The notes beneath the pieces are model-generated. The model did no database searches, was not told the origin of the DNA, and saw nothing but the letters and a program-made list of their open reading frames with translations. The translations under genes were made by a program, and so were the position numbers. Below, one piece after another: positions 27,119 through 38,500 of a stretch of 64,000 nt of DNA; the stretch's first letter is position 1, and each line of letters starts with the position of its first letter. The stretch lies in assembly GCA_965648905.1 (NCBI GenBank), contig CBFGIT010000006.1:32001-96000 (forward strand). The letters run 5' to 3'. Origin of the DNA: a candidate division WOR-3 bacterium (GTDB taxonomy: Bacteria; Hydrothermota; Tepidihabitantia; Tepidihabitantales; Tepidihabitantaceae).

Positions 27119-28477
27119 CTACACGACGCCGTGGTCAATCATCGCGTCGGCGACCTTGACGAAGCCGGCGATGTTCGCACCGTTGACGTAGTTGACGAAC
27201 TTGCCCTCAGTGCCGTACTGGACACACTGGGCGTGGATCGCCTTCATGATACCCTGGAGCCGCTGGTCGACCTCTTCGCGGGTCCAGGAAAGCCGCAGAC
27301 TGTTCTGCGACATCTCCAGACCTGAGGTAGCGACGCCGCCGGCGTTGGCGGCTTTGGCCGGCCCGTAGAGAATCTTGGCGTCCAGATAGGCTGCCATCGC
27401 CTCAGGCGTTGAAGGCATGTTGGCACCTTCAGACACGACGAACACGCCGTTCTTCAGCAGGTTGGCGGCGTCTTTGCCGTTCACTTCGTTCTGGGTGGCA
27501 CTCGGGAAGGCACAATCGGCCTTGTAGTTCCAGAGCGGGTTGTAACCGAGTTTCGGGTCAGCCGGTGTGTAGACCACGCCCTTGTACTTTCGCGCGTACT
27601 CCTCGATGCGGCCGCGCCGGACGTTCTTCAGCTCCATGACGAACGCCAGTTTGTCCTGGTCGATGCCCGCTTCATCATAGATGCAGCCGTTGGAGTCGGA
27701 CAGCGTTACGGCCTTGCCGCCGAGCTGGTTGATTTTCTCAACCGTGTACTGGGCGACGTTGCCCGAGCCCGACACCAGGCAGACCTTGCCCTTCATCGAG
27801 TCACCGCGCGTCGCGAGCATCTCCTGGGCGAAATACACTGCGCCGTATCCGGTCGCTTCGGGTCGGATTAGCGAACCGCCCCAGTTTCGGCCCTTGCCGG
27901 TCAAGACGCCGGTGAACTCGTTGCGCAGCTTCTTGTACATTCCGAACAGGAACCCGATTTCCCGTCCGCCGACGCCGATGTCACCGGCGGGCACGTCGGT
28001 ATCTGGGCCGATGTGACGGAACAGCTCGCACATGAAACTCTGGCAGAACTTCATCACTTCGTTGTCCGACTTGCCCTTGGGGTCGAAGTCCGAACCGCCC
28101 TTGCCGCCGCCCATCGGCAGCGTGGTCAGGGAGTTCTTGAATACCTGCTCGAATGCCAGGAACTTGAGGATGCCCAGGTTGACGGACGGGTGGAACCGCA
28201 GGCCTCCTTTGTAGGGACCGATGGCGGAGTTCATCTCGATTCTGAACCCGCGGTTGACCTGAACTTCGCCCTTGTCGTCGAGCCATGGCACGCGGAACAT
28301 GATTACCCGCTCCGGCTCGGCGATGCGTTCGAGCACCTTGTGCTTCCGATACTTCGGGTTCTTCTCGATGTACGGCACTAGAGACTCAGCCACTTCGCGA
28401 ACCGCCTGGTGGAATTCCTTCTCACCGGGATTCTTCGCGATAATGCCTTCCATGAAGGCATTTACTGCATCAGACAT
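27119..28477 (-). CDS. gdhA: NADP-specific glutamate dehydrogenase
   Basis: EFHQAV, GPYKGGLRFHPSVN, GGGKGG, DVPAGDIGVG, RPEATGYG and SGSGNV motifs. AGGAGG before ATG 28477. Confidence 0.95.
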   Translation of the reverse strand: MSDAVNAFMEGIIAKNPGEKEFHQAVREVAESLVPYIEKNPKYRKHKVLERIAEPERVIMFRVPWLDDKGEVQVNRGFRIEMNSAIGPYKGGLRFHPSVNLGILKFLAFEQVFKNSLTTLPMGGGKGGSDFDPKGKSDNEVMKFCQSFMCELFRHIGPDTDVPAGDIGVGGREIGFLFGMYKKLRNEFTGVLTGKGRNWGGSLIRPEATGYGAVYFAQEMLATRGDSMKGKVCLVSGSGNVAQYTVEKINQLGGKAVTLSDSNGCIYDEAGIDQDKLAFVMELKNVRRGRIEEYARKYKGVVYTPADPKLGYNPLWNYKADCAFPSATQNEVNGKDAANLLKNGVFVVSEGANMPSTPEAMAAYLDAKILYGPAKAANAGGVATSGLEMSQNSLRLSWTREEVDQRLQGIMKAIHAQCVQYGTEGKFVNYVNGANIAGFVKVADAMIDHGVV

Positions 28478-28563
28478 TCTGTCCTCCTGATTAGGTCTGT
28501 CCAGACGGTAAGAATAGAACTGAAAAAGGGTGCTGTCCTGTCGGCGTTGGAACGCCGACGGCA

Positions 28564-28591
28564 ATTATAGCCCGGAGAGGGGCAAGGTCAA
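28564..28591 (-). promoter_or_regulatory. sigma70-like promoter of gdhA
   Basis: Minus strand TTGACC-N16-TATAAT. Confidence 0.65.
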
Positions 28592-28692
28592 CAATGCGCG
28601 TTGCCTGTGAGCAGCCGGCTCGAACTCACCCCGGTGCCTTGTCCCGTAGACTCGGTCGAGGCAGAGACTCAACGCGACTACCTCCAACCCCT

Positions 28693-28733
28693 GGAAAAGA
28701 GGTCCGCGCCCCGCGGGGGGGGCGGGCGCGGAC
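28693..28733 (-). terminator. Terminator after the second GDH gene
   Basis: GTCCGCGCCC/GGGCGCGGAC stem followed by CTCTTTTCC on the minus strand. Confidence 0.6.
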
Positions 28734-28765
28734 TGCGGGAGGACAGACCCGCTCAGGACAGACCA

Positions 28766-30082
28766 TCACGGAAATATGCCGCGTTCCTTGTAGACTTTCT
28801 CGAGTCTTGTCAGAGCAACCACGTACGCTGCGGTGCGCCAGTCGACGTCGTACTGCCGGGCTGCTTCACGCACGCGTCCGTAGGCCGCGACGATACGCTT
28901 GTAGAGTTTGCAGTCCACCTCTTGGAGCTCCCAGGATTCGCTGCGCTTGTTCTGCAGCCACTCGAAGTAGCTGACGATGACGCCGCCCGAGTTGCAGAGG
29001 ATGTCGGGCAGCAGGTCGATGCCCCTCTCCTTGAGAATCCGGTCACCGTCCGGGTCGGTCGGCCCGTTGGCACCCTCGGCGACAAGCCGGACGTTGAGCA
29101 GCGGCGCGGTTGAGGCGGTTAGCTGGTTCTCAAGCGCCGCCGGGATCATGATGTCGGCCTTGGTCCTCAGGAAGGCAAGGTGCGTCGAAGCCCGGGCCTT
29201 CTGGTAGCCGGCAACACCGCCCCGGGCCTTGACGTGGCGAGCCAGGTCGTCAGGGTCAATCCCGGCACTGTTCTCAATTACGCCGGTGACATCCTCGACG
29301 GCAACGAGCCGAGCGCCAAAGGGCTTGAGCAACCGGGCGGCCCAGGAGCCGACGTTGCCGAAACCCTGGACGGTGTAGGTGGCCGCTTTGAGGTCAAAGT
29401 TGTGGTCCTTGGCCCATTCGCGAATCATAAAGACCACACCCTGGCCGGTCGCCTTTTCGCGGCCGAGGCTCCCGCCGGCCTCAATCGGCTTGCCGGTGAC
29501 GACGTGCAGCATCCGCTGCCGTTCGTGGGCCGGCATCATTGACTGGTAGGTATCCAGAATCCAGGCCATGATCTGGGCGTTGGTGTTGACATCCGGGGCC
29601 GGAATGTCGTACTCGGGCCCGATGGTGTTGCCGAGGGCAAACGTGAAGCGGCGCGTTATCCGCTCGAGCTCGGTGAGCGAGTACTTGGAAGGGTCGATCT
29701 GAATACCACCCTTGCCACCGCCAAACGGGATGTCAGCGATGGCCGACTTCCACGTCATCCAGGTGGCCAGCGCGCGCACTTCGTCGATGTCCACGGCCGG
29801 ATGGAATCTCAGTCCGCCCTTGAAGGGCCCGAGCGCGTTGTTGTGCTGCACCCGATAGCCGGTGAAGACCTCGATCCGACCGTCGTCCATCTTCACCGGG
29901 AAGTGGACGACTACCTCGTTCATCGTTGTGGCCAGGATTCGACGGATGCTCGGGTCGAGCTTCATCAGGTCTGCGGCCCGGTTGAACTGAGTCGTCACGT
30001 CGTCATAGACGCTGCGTTTTCGAACCTCACCACCCGAGACCCGGGACCGGCGGCTGCGGGTTACTGCTGTTGTCACACTCAT
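28766..30082 (-). CDS. Glu/Leu/Phe/Val dehydrogenase (likely catabolic NAD-type GDH)
   Basis: GYRVQHN, GPFKGGLRFHP, MTWK, GGGKGG, DIPAPD, VVTGKP, QGFGNVG and EGANGP motifs. Start moved to ATG 30082. Confidence 0.93.
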   Translation of the reverse strand: MSVTTAVTRSRRSRVSGGEVRKRSVYDDVTTQFNRAADLMKLDPSIRRILATTMNEVVVHFPVKMDDGRIEVFTGYRVQHNNALGPFKGGLRFHPAVDIDEVRALATWMTWKSAIADIPFGGGKGGIQIDPSKYSLTELERITRRFTFALGNTIGPEYDIPAPDVNTNAQIMAWILDTYQSMMPAHERQRMLHVVTGKPIEAGGSLGREKATGQGVVFMIREWAKDHNFDLKAATYTVQGFGNVGSWAARLLKPFGARLVAVEDVTGVIENSAGIDPDDLARHVKARGGVAGYQKARASTHLAFLRTKADIMIPAALENQLTASTAPLLNVRLVAEGANGPTDPDGDRILKERGIDLLPDILCNSGGVIVSYFEWLQNKRSESWELQEVDCKLYKRIVAAYGRVREAARQYDVDWRTAAYVVALTRLEKVYKERGIFP

Positions 30083-30164
30083 CTCTTCTCCGTTCTTCTG
30101 TTCGGTCGCGGTGCGGTCGCAAGAGCCGGGCAGGGTTGCTGACCCGGCGGTCGCTGCACCCTGC

Positions 30165-30515
30165 CTACCGGTACTCCTCGCAGTGCCAGACGCCGGTATC
30201 AGAATTGCGGATGGCACAGTCGTCACGGTTCTCGCAGTTGACGCACAGACCCTTGTACTTGTCCCACTCCTCGAGGTCCTGCAGAGTTGGCGACTGAACC
30301 TCGACCAGTTGCTCTTCGGCAACCGGCGGTACGTAGCAGTCGAACTCCTCGCAGAACAACACCGGCTGTTCGGTGTTTCTGATGTACCCGCAGTTCTTGG
30401 CATGGTTACAGGTCGAACACAACCCGCTGGGGAGCTTGACCTCAGGAGCAGGCCGGTGGGGCTTGGGCAGACTGGGCTTGACTGCTGCTCGACGTCTCGT
30501 TGTGACTACTGACAT
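30165..30515 (-). CDS. Uncharacterised 116-aa protein with two Cys4 modules
   Basis: GLCSTCNHAKNC..FCEEF and GLCVNCENRDDC..HCEEY. GGAGG RBS; first gene after the sigma54 promoter. Confidence 0.8.
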   Translation of the reverse strand: MSVVTTRRRAAVKPSLPKPHRPAPEVKLPSGLCSTCNHAKNCGYIRNTEQPVLFCEEFDCYVPPVAEEQLVEVQSPTLQDLEEWDKYKGLCVNCENRDDCAIRNSDTGVWHCEEYR

Positions 30516-30605
30516 GGCGAACCTCCATTTCTTTCTCGCTCAGCCACAAGCAATAGGCCGTTGGGCTGAGTCATTACTAGTCTAGTGAACATCTGCCCAC
30601 CAGAG

Positions 30606-30622
30606 TGCAAGCACCATGCCAA
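30606..30622 (-). promoter_or_regulatory. sigma54 (-24/-12) promoter
   Basis: Minus strand TTGGCATGGTGCTTGCA with exact GG-N10-GC spacing, next to an NtrC-type activator gene. Confidence 0.85.
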
Positions 30623-30728
30623 GACGTGAAGGCGGCGTGAGAGCCGAAGCTAGTGCATAACTGACACTTTTCCAGTATGATACAAGACTGACTCTGCTTC
30701 GATGCGACTCGGCGGCAGTCAGGTAAGC

Positions 30729-30761
30729 GGGGAATTATTCCCCGGCGGGGCAATTATCCTC
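30729..30761. promoter_or_regulatory. Tandem palindromic enhancer-like sites (putative bEBP UAS)
   Basis: GGGGAATTATTCCCC and GGGGCAATTATCCTC, about 105-140 nt upstream of the -24 element. Confidence 0.6.
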
Positions 30762-30771
30762 AGAGATGCTT

Positions 30772-32113
<1,342 letters not shown>

Positions 32114-32124
<11 letters not shown>

Positions 32125-33844
32125 CGCTCTGCTCCCGTCTTGAGGCCGTCACCGGCAGCAGCACGCGGAAGACCGAGCCTTTGCCCGGTTCGCTGCTTAC
32201 CTCGATGCGACCGGCGTGGCCGGTAACGATGCCGTGGACGACCGGCAGCCCGAGACCGGTACCTTCGCCCACGCCCTTGGTTGTGAAGAATGGCACGAAT
32301 ATCTGACGCTTGATGTCCTCACTCATGCCGATGCCGGTATCCTCAACCGCCAGGACAACATAGCCGTCCTCGTGGGTCGTACGGATCGTCAGCCTGCCGC
32401 CGCGCGGCATCGCCTGGATGGCGTTGACGACCAGATTGATTAGCACCTGGTGCAACTGCCCCGGGTCGGCAACGATGTCGGGCAGGTCGTTACCGTAGAC
32501 GCGGACCAGCTCGACGTCCGACTTGGCGCACCGCGCGCTCAGGAAGTACAGCCCGTCCTGAATCAGCTCGTTCAGTGCGACCCGGGTCTTGGTTGGCGGC
32601 TTTTGGCGGGCGAAAAGCATCAACTTCGACACGACCTCACGGGCGTGGAGCGCGGCGTCGACGATCTTCTGCACGTCGCGCGCCGCGGAATCAGGCAGCC
32701 CTGGCGTCTTCTGCACCAACTGGCCAAAACCGAGGATACTGCCCAGCGGTTCGTTCAGCTCGTGTGCCACACCTGCGGCCAGTTGTCCGATGGTCGCGAG
32801 CCGGTCCGCGTGGCGCAGTTGCGCCTCGAGCCCGACCCGCTCCTCTTCAGCCTGCTGGTGTTCAAGCATCAAGGCGACCTGCTTTGCCACCGCGTCAATC
32901 AGACTCCGCTCCTCATTCAGAAACGGCCCCTGGTCCAGGTCCGGCATGGTCTGCGAATAACACACTTCCACCACGCCGCGCTGCTGACCCCGGACAACCA
33001 CCGGGGCCGACTGCACGTGTGGACCGCCGAAATCGCCGGCGGTGAATACCGCGCCGTCAACGATAATCCGCGCCGATGCCAGATGCGGATAGAGCCACGC
33101 CGGCGGCAGCAGTGCAACAACGCCCTGCAGGCGTTGGGCGAGCGTTGCGCCGGTCTGCTCAAGCACCCGGTCAATGCCATAGAGGCACGTCAGTTCCTTC
33201 ATGCGCTCACGGAGTGCCGCCTGGGCCCGGCGATCGGCCAGGGCAACGCCAATCGTCTGTGCCACCCCTTCGTAGAAGCTGATGTCATAACGGCGGAAGA
33301 CCGCGGGCTCGCGGTCCCAGAACAGCACCAGCCCGTGACTGTCCTCGCTCACCGCAAAACGGATGATGGCGAGCGAGCGGTGCGACGCGTCAATGTTCAC
33401 CTCAACCCATCCCCCGGGCGAGGACAGTGAGATTGACTTTGACGTATCGTCGGTCCAGAAGCTGCCGTTGGCGGTGAAGTGAGCCGACGACCGGTCCACC
33501 TCCCCGAACATGACGCGCTGACACAGCAGCGTGAGTCCCGGCGTATCTCCGGCACAGGCGGCCGACTCAGGCTCGACCCCAGATTTCCTTGTTCTCATGC
33601 TGAATCGATAAGAGTTCCGGTCACCACTATGGAGCACGCCGCAGAAGAACCGCCGGCCGTCATTGACTCTGATTTCGACCTGATCAACCTCCGAGAACTC
33701 GACCAGCAGCCTGAGCACTTCGCGGACGAACTCGATCCGAGGTACCCCCTGATTTGCCGAACGGAGGATCTCCCGAGTCAGACCACTGAACTCCTCGGCA
33801 AGCTGGTGGGAGTAGTCAGGACCATCACTCGAGTCAGGCTTCAT
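32114..33844 (-). CDS. Cytoplasmic sensor histidine kinase with GAF-like N-terminal domains
   Basis: AHELNEPL H-box, NLVVNA, DTGIG, PFFTTK and GTGLGL motifs. No clear TM helix. Confidence 0.93.
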
Positions 33845-34012
33845 CCTGTTCCCTCGGTCGCACTCGAATTGACCAATGCGGGTCTGTTGCCCGCATGAAA
33901 CTGCGGCAGTCGGCCGCGGCGGTCGTAGCAGAACGTTCCAACTCTGGTCTTGCCCGGATAATTCTTGACTCTCTGGTTAGTGCTGTCACGGCGGGTCCGA
34001 GCGCCGCACAAG

Positions 34013-34040
34013 ATTATAGTCCTGAGCCAACCAGGGTCAA
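34013..34040 (-). promoter_or_regulatory. sigma70-like promoter of the HK-RR operon
   Basis: Minus strand TTGACC-N16-TATAAT. Confidence 0.65.
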
Positions 34041-34446
34041 CTGCTGCGAGCTAGTCCTGGCCCAAAGACTAGTTTACATATACTGTAACCCATCAGCTAC
34101 CGATGTATCAGACTAACCATTTGGTATGCTGCGACTTAGTTCGATACCACATTTCCGGTGGGGACAGTCCCCCCTGCCACTTGCAACGCGGCTTTGCTCG
34201 TCGCCATGAGAGTGGCTTGACCGGTCTTGGGCGGCGCTGCTCTGGCTGACGCCGGCTCTGGTGCTCTCCTTGCCGAGATATCTGTCGCTCTGTCTGTCGC
34301 TCTGTTCCTGGCTCGGCTCCTGGCCGGCTGAGCCGAACCGACCTGCGCTCGGACCGAAACTCTGGCCGTGATTCCGACCGTGGCTCTGACCGTGATTGGC
34401 ACCGCTGCTTGCCTTGGGTCAGGTCCGGTTGTTCGAGGCATTACGC

Positions 34447-34474
34447 TTGACATGGTCTGGCTCCGGGTTATATT
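34447..34474 (+). promoter_or_regulatory. sigma70-like promoter of the type I R-M remnant
   Basis: TTGACA-N16-TATATT, then GGAG before GTG 34526. Confidence 0.6.
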
Positions 34475-34525
34475 TGCCGCTGTATGCTGGCAGAGGCTGC
34501 TAACCGACGGACTGGAGACTAGAGA

Positions 34526-34738
34526 GTGGCCAGAACCAAGGTCGTGAAGAAGAGCGGCAACGGTGCGAACGTCGGGCCTCTGCTGAGACTGCGAATCGCA
34601 AACCGGATGCAATCCTGTACCCTGGCCGCCATCCGCGACGCGCTGTTGCCGAAGCTGATGAGCGGGGAAATCGAAGTCGGACAGGCAAGGGCGTCGGACA
34701 AGTCAGACCAGTCGGACAAGGATAGCCGGAATGGGTGA
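34526..34738 (+). pseudogene. In-frame fusion remnant of hsdM (N-terminus) and hsdS (C-terminus)
   Basis: ARTKVVKKSGNGANVG resembles an HsdM N-terminus (..NGANLG). TLAAIRDALLPKLMSGEIEV is the typical HsdS C-terminal helix. Confidence 0.75.
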
Positions 34739-35299
34739 GCTGATTCCGAAGCACGGCGGGTATCGGAAACTGAGGAGCTTTCAGGTTGCTCAGCAGGTCT
34801 ACGACCTGACAGTGGAGTTCTGCGACCGGTTCATCGAGAAGCGGTCGCGCACGCACGACCAGATGGTGCAGGCGGCCCGAAGCGGCGTGCAGAACATCGC
34901 CGAGGGCAGTATGGCTTCGGCTACCTCGAAGAAGACCGAGCTGAAGCTGACCGGCGTGGCACGCGCAAGCCTGGAGGAGCTGCTGTTGGACGTGGAGGAC
35001 TTCCTGCGCCAGCGCGGGCTGAAGCAGTGGCGCAAGGACGACCCGAGAGCGCTGGAGGTGAGAAGGCGCTACCGGTCGGACAAGTCAGACCAGTCGGACA
35101 GGTCAGACGCGTCGGACCGGTCAGACATGTCGGACCCGGAAACCGCGGCCAACACGCTCGTCTGCCTCATCAACCAGGCGAGCTACCTGCTCGGCAGGCA
35201 ACTGGAGAAGCTGGAGCAGCAGTTTCTGGAGGAGGGCGGGTTCACGGAGAGGCTGTACAGGAGTCGGACGAGTAGGACGCGTCGGACAGGCCGGACAGA
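34693..35299 (+). repeat. Three arrays of the 9-mer TCRGACnnG
   Basis: 34694-34720 (3 units), 35076-35138 (7 units) and 35264-35299 (4 degenerate units). Confidence 0.85.
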
Positions 35300-35306
35300 T
35301 GCCTGA
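34731..35306 (+). CDS. Four-helix-bundle protein (23S rRNA IVP/Avd-like) with suffix domain
   Basis: GGYRKLRSFQ, RTHDQMVQAARSGVQNIAEG, ARASLEELL.D.EDFL and FLEEGGFTERLY motifs. Confidence 0.9.
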   Translation: MGELIPKHGGYRKLRSFQVAQQVYDLTVEFCDRFIEKRSRTHDQMVQAARSGVQNIAEGSMASATSKKTELKLTGVARASLEELLLDVEDFLRQRGLKQWRKDDPRALEVRRRYRSDKSDQSDRSDASDRSDMSDPETAANTLVCLINQASYLLGRQLEKLEQQFLEEGGFTERLYRSRTSRTRRTGRTDA

Positions 35307-35475
35307 GCGGTTCAGCGAATCCACTGTCGAAGACGCGGCCCTGGTTTGGCTGGCAGAGCTAGGCTGGGTAGTCAAGCACGGGCCGGGCATATCGCCTGAC
35401 GGCGATACCCTCACTCTGTTCGTCTCCTCTTGGGAGAGGAACAGCTAATGCGAGGTCGTCCTGCTGGAGCGGCGG
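35299..35475 (+). pseudogene. hsdR N-terminal fragment with premature stop
   Basis: MPERFSESTVEDAALVWLAELGWVVKHGPGISPDG..ERNS*CEVVLLER matches the start of type I HsdR. TAA at 35446; similarity is lost soon after. Confidence 0.8.
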
Positions 35476-35503
35476 ATGCCGCGGCCAGACTGTTTTTCAG
35501 GCA

Positions 35504-38500
35504 CTAGCGCTGGAGCACGAGTTTCTGCGCGAGCGAGTGGCGGCCTGCGGTCAGACAGAGGGTGTAGACTCCGGCAGGAAGGTTGCGGAGGTCAAGAGGC
35601 AATGACGAAGTCCGAATGACGAATGACGAGTGCAGGACGAGCCGACCGGAGACATCGAACAGGGAGAGGACAGGATTTGAGGCGTCGAGGATTCGAGGGT
35701 TCAAGTGAATGGTCGCAAAGCCGGGGCGCAGCGGGTTGGGCGAGATGCGCATGAGGCTGGACGCATCAGGCATCATGTCGGCCTGGGTACCTTCTCTGGC
35801 GTCCAGCGCAGGTCGTGACGTGTGAGGCGTCGTTCCTGGCGTGTAGCGCCAGAACTCCAAGGTCTTGTTGCCTTTGAGCGCGAACAGGCAGTCGTGGGTT
35901 CCGACGATGTCTGCCCCGGCCTTGACCTTCTTCGACTTGCCTGAGCTGCCGAGAAGCGGCATCGGCTCAAGTTCGGTCCAGGAGTCCAGTTCCGGGTCAT
36001 AGCGCCAGAACTCTTGGGTATTCCCGCCTTTGAGGGCATAGACGTAGCGGTCGAGCACTGCGGCACTGCCGCCGTCTTTGGACTTCTTCTTCTTGCCGGA
36101 GGCGCCGATGAACGGCATCCCGGTCAACTGGCGTGAGAACCAGGTGTCGGTTATCGGCTCGTAGGCGAACAGTTCATGGAAGTTGGCCTTGTGGCAGTAG
36201 ATGATTCCGAACTCAGCCGGGACAACGCCAGCCGGCGCGTAGGTGAGCCACGAGCCTTTCGGGTACTTGTTCGTGCGCCTCAGGCCGAACGGTGCTTCGG
36301 GCATTGTGCGCCAGGAGTCGCGCTCGATGTCGTAGAGCCAGAACTCGTTCTTGTCGCCTTTGAGCAGATACAGCCGGTCCGGGTACTCGCCGAGGTCGCT
36401 GACGTAGACCATGTCGGTCCCGCCTTTGACCTTCTTGTTGCTCATGCCGAGCGGGATATCGGCCATCTGGTGCCAGGAGTCCTGACTCGGAGAGTAGCGC
36501 CAGAAGCCCTGGGTGTTGTTGCCTTTGACTGCATAGACGTAGTTGCCACCGGCTGCTCCGACCGCACCCTTGCCTGGTTTTCTGCCTTCACGACCGTCAG
36601 GAATCGAGGCGAGCGTGGTCCAGGAGTCGCGTTCGATGTCATAACGGTAGAAGTCCTGAGTCTTGTTGCCTTTGGCTGCGTAGATGTAGCTGCCAGCACA
36701 GGCAAGCCAACCACCGTCTTTTACCTGCTTGGACGAAGGCAACAAAGGTATCGAGGTCTTTTCGAGCCAGCCAGGTGCGTTGCCAGCACTGACCGTGAAA
36801 ACGTTGCGAGCTGAGTCGTTTGCCGGCACAAGGTCGTGGTCCAGCGCGGTCCAGGCAAGGGTAGTGTAGTTGCCAGCCGGACCAGCAGTCCAAGACCGGG
36901 TGAAGGAATGGTCGCGCGTTTCCCCTGGGTTCAGTGCTACGTCGGTCTCGGTCGTGTCAAAGACAACGGTCGTGCCGGTGATGACCAGCCGAACCGGAAA
37001 CAGCACCGGAACCGAGCCAGAGTTGCGGAGCCGAACCTGCGGGGTCACGACCGTGCCTGCGCCAATTGTACCTGCAGGTGCGATGATTGTGCTGAGTTCC
37101 ACGTCCAGGACCCTAACCTCAACTTGGCCTATAGACCGGTCGTTGTTCGGCCGTGAGTCAATCGCCAGTTCGGTAGAACACGAAACCGCATAGGTTCCGC
37201 GTGCACCGGCAGTCCATGCCGGGAAGGTGACGTGTAGATGCGTTCCTGGCGCATGATTCACCACTGAGGCGGTCTGGTCATAGCCTGAGCCGACCTTCAT
37301 GCGCACCGCGTAGGATTCAGGCATGTTGCCGTAGTTGTACACGGTGCACGCAGGCACGACCAATGTGCCGGAATCGACCTGGCCTAGCGGCGCAATGACT
37401 TGGGTGCAGCCCACGTCGTGCTGGGGTGGTCGCAGTACAGTTACTGATCCTGACTGGCGGTTATTCGCCTGAACCAGGTCACCGGTGAGTTCGGTCGAAC
37501 AGGAAACCATATGGGTCCCAAGCTGAGTCACGGCCCAGTCCGGGAATGTGACGCGGATCGTCGTGCCTGGTGCATGGCCGGAGACCGTGGCGGTCTGGTT
37601 GTAGAACGCGCCGACCTTCATGCGTACCTGATAACTCTCGGTAGTCGAACCCGGATTTGCTACTGAGCATGTCGGCGTCACGGTCATGCCTGAATCAACT
37701 ATGCCTGAAGGTGAAAGCAGGCGCTGGCAGGCAACATCGCGCACGCGTACGGTCACATTGCCGGTGGCGAGGTTGTTCACCGGTACCATATCACCGGTGA
37801 GCATTGTGGTGCAGCGCGTGGCGAGCGTGCCGCGCGGCCCTGCGGCCCAGTTAGTGAACGTGACCGTGGTCGAGGCCCCGGATGCGAGATTGGTCACGGT
37901 CTGGGTGTTCGAGTATCCGCCCTGGATATCGAAGCGGACGTTGAAGGTTGCTGGGGCGGTGCCATTGTTGCGCACATTGGCCTGCGGTGCGATAGTAGCT
38001 CCTGAGTCAACCGTGCCGGTTGGAGCGATAATGGACAGAGTCTGCGCGTCGAGCACCCGGACCGTGACCGAACCTGAGGCTTTGTCATTGGCTGGCGTCA
38101 CGTCGGACGAAAGCTCGGTCGAACAGGTCACGGAGAACGTGCCCCGGGGCCAGGTCGAGTAAGCCGGAAACGTGACGTGGAGCTTCGCGCCCGGCGCGTG
38201 GTTTGTCACCGATGCGGTCTGGTTGTAGAAGCCACCGACTTTGCAGCGGACGTTGTACGACTCAGTGCTCGTGCCATAGTTGTAGACCGTGCAGGCCGGA
38301 GTAACCGATGCGCCGGAGTCGATTGTGCCAGTAGGTGCGACTACTACGGTCGCGCCGACATCGCGGACCGGAGCGACCACAATCACATCCTCAAGCGGGC
38401 CTTTGTCATTCCAGCCCCAGGCGACGTTGCGGCCGCGCGCGCGGTAGAAGTACGTTCCCGCCGCCTTGCCGGTGAAGCTGTACATGGTGTCGGTGATATT

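Noticed and set aside
33845..34010. ~165-nt leader of the histidine kinase gene as a riboswitch
   Set aside because: It contains small hairpins but no recognisable aptamer consensus or terminator/antiterminator pair.
34074..34088. TTACA-N5-TGTAA palindrome upstream of the HK promoter
   Set aside because: Single short occurrence that does not match a regulator box I can name with confidence.
34731..35306. Four-helix-bundle gene as part of a diversity-generating retroelement
   Set aside because: No reverse transcriptase and no template/variable repeat pair differing at adenines were found in the window.
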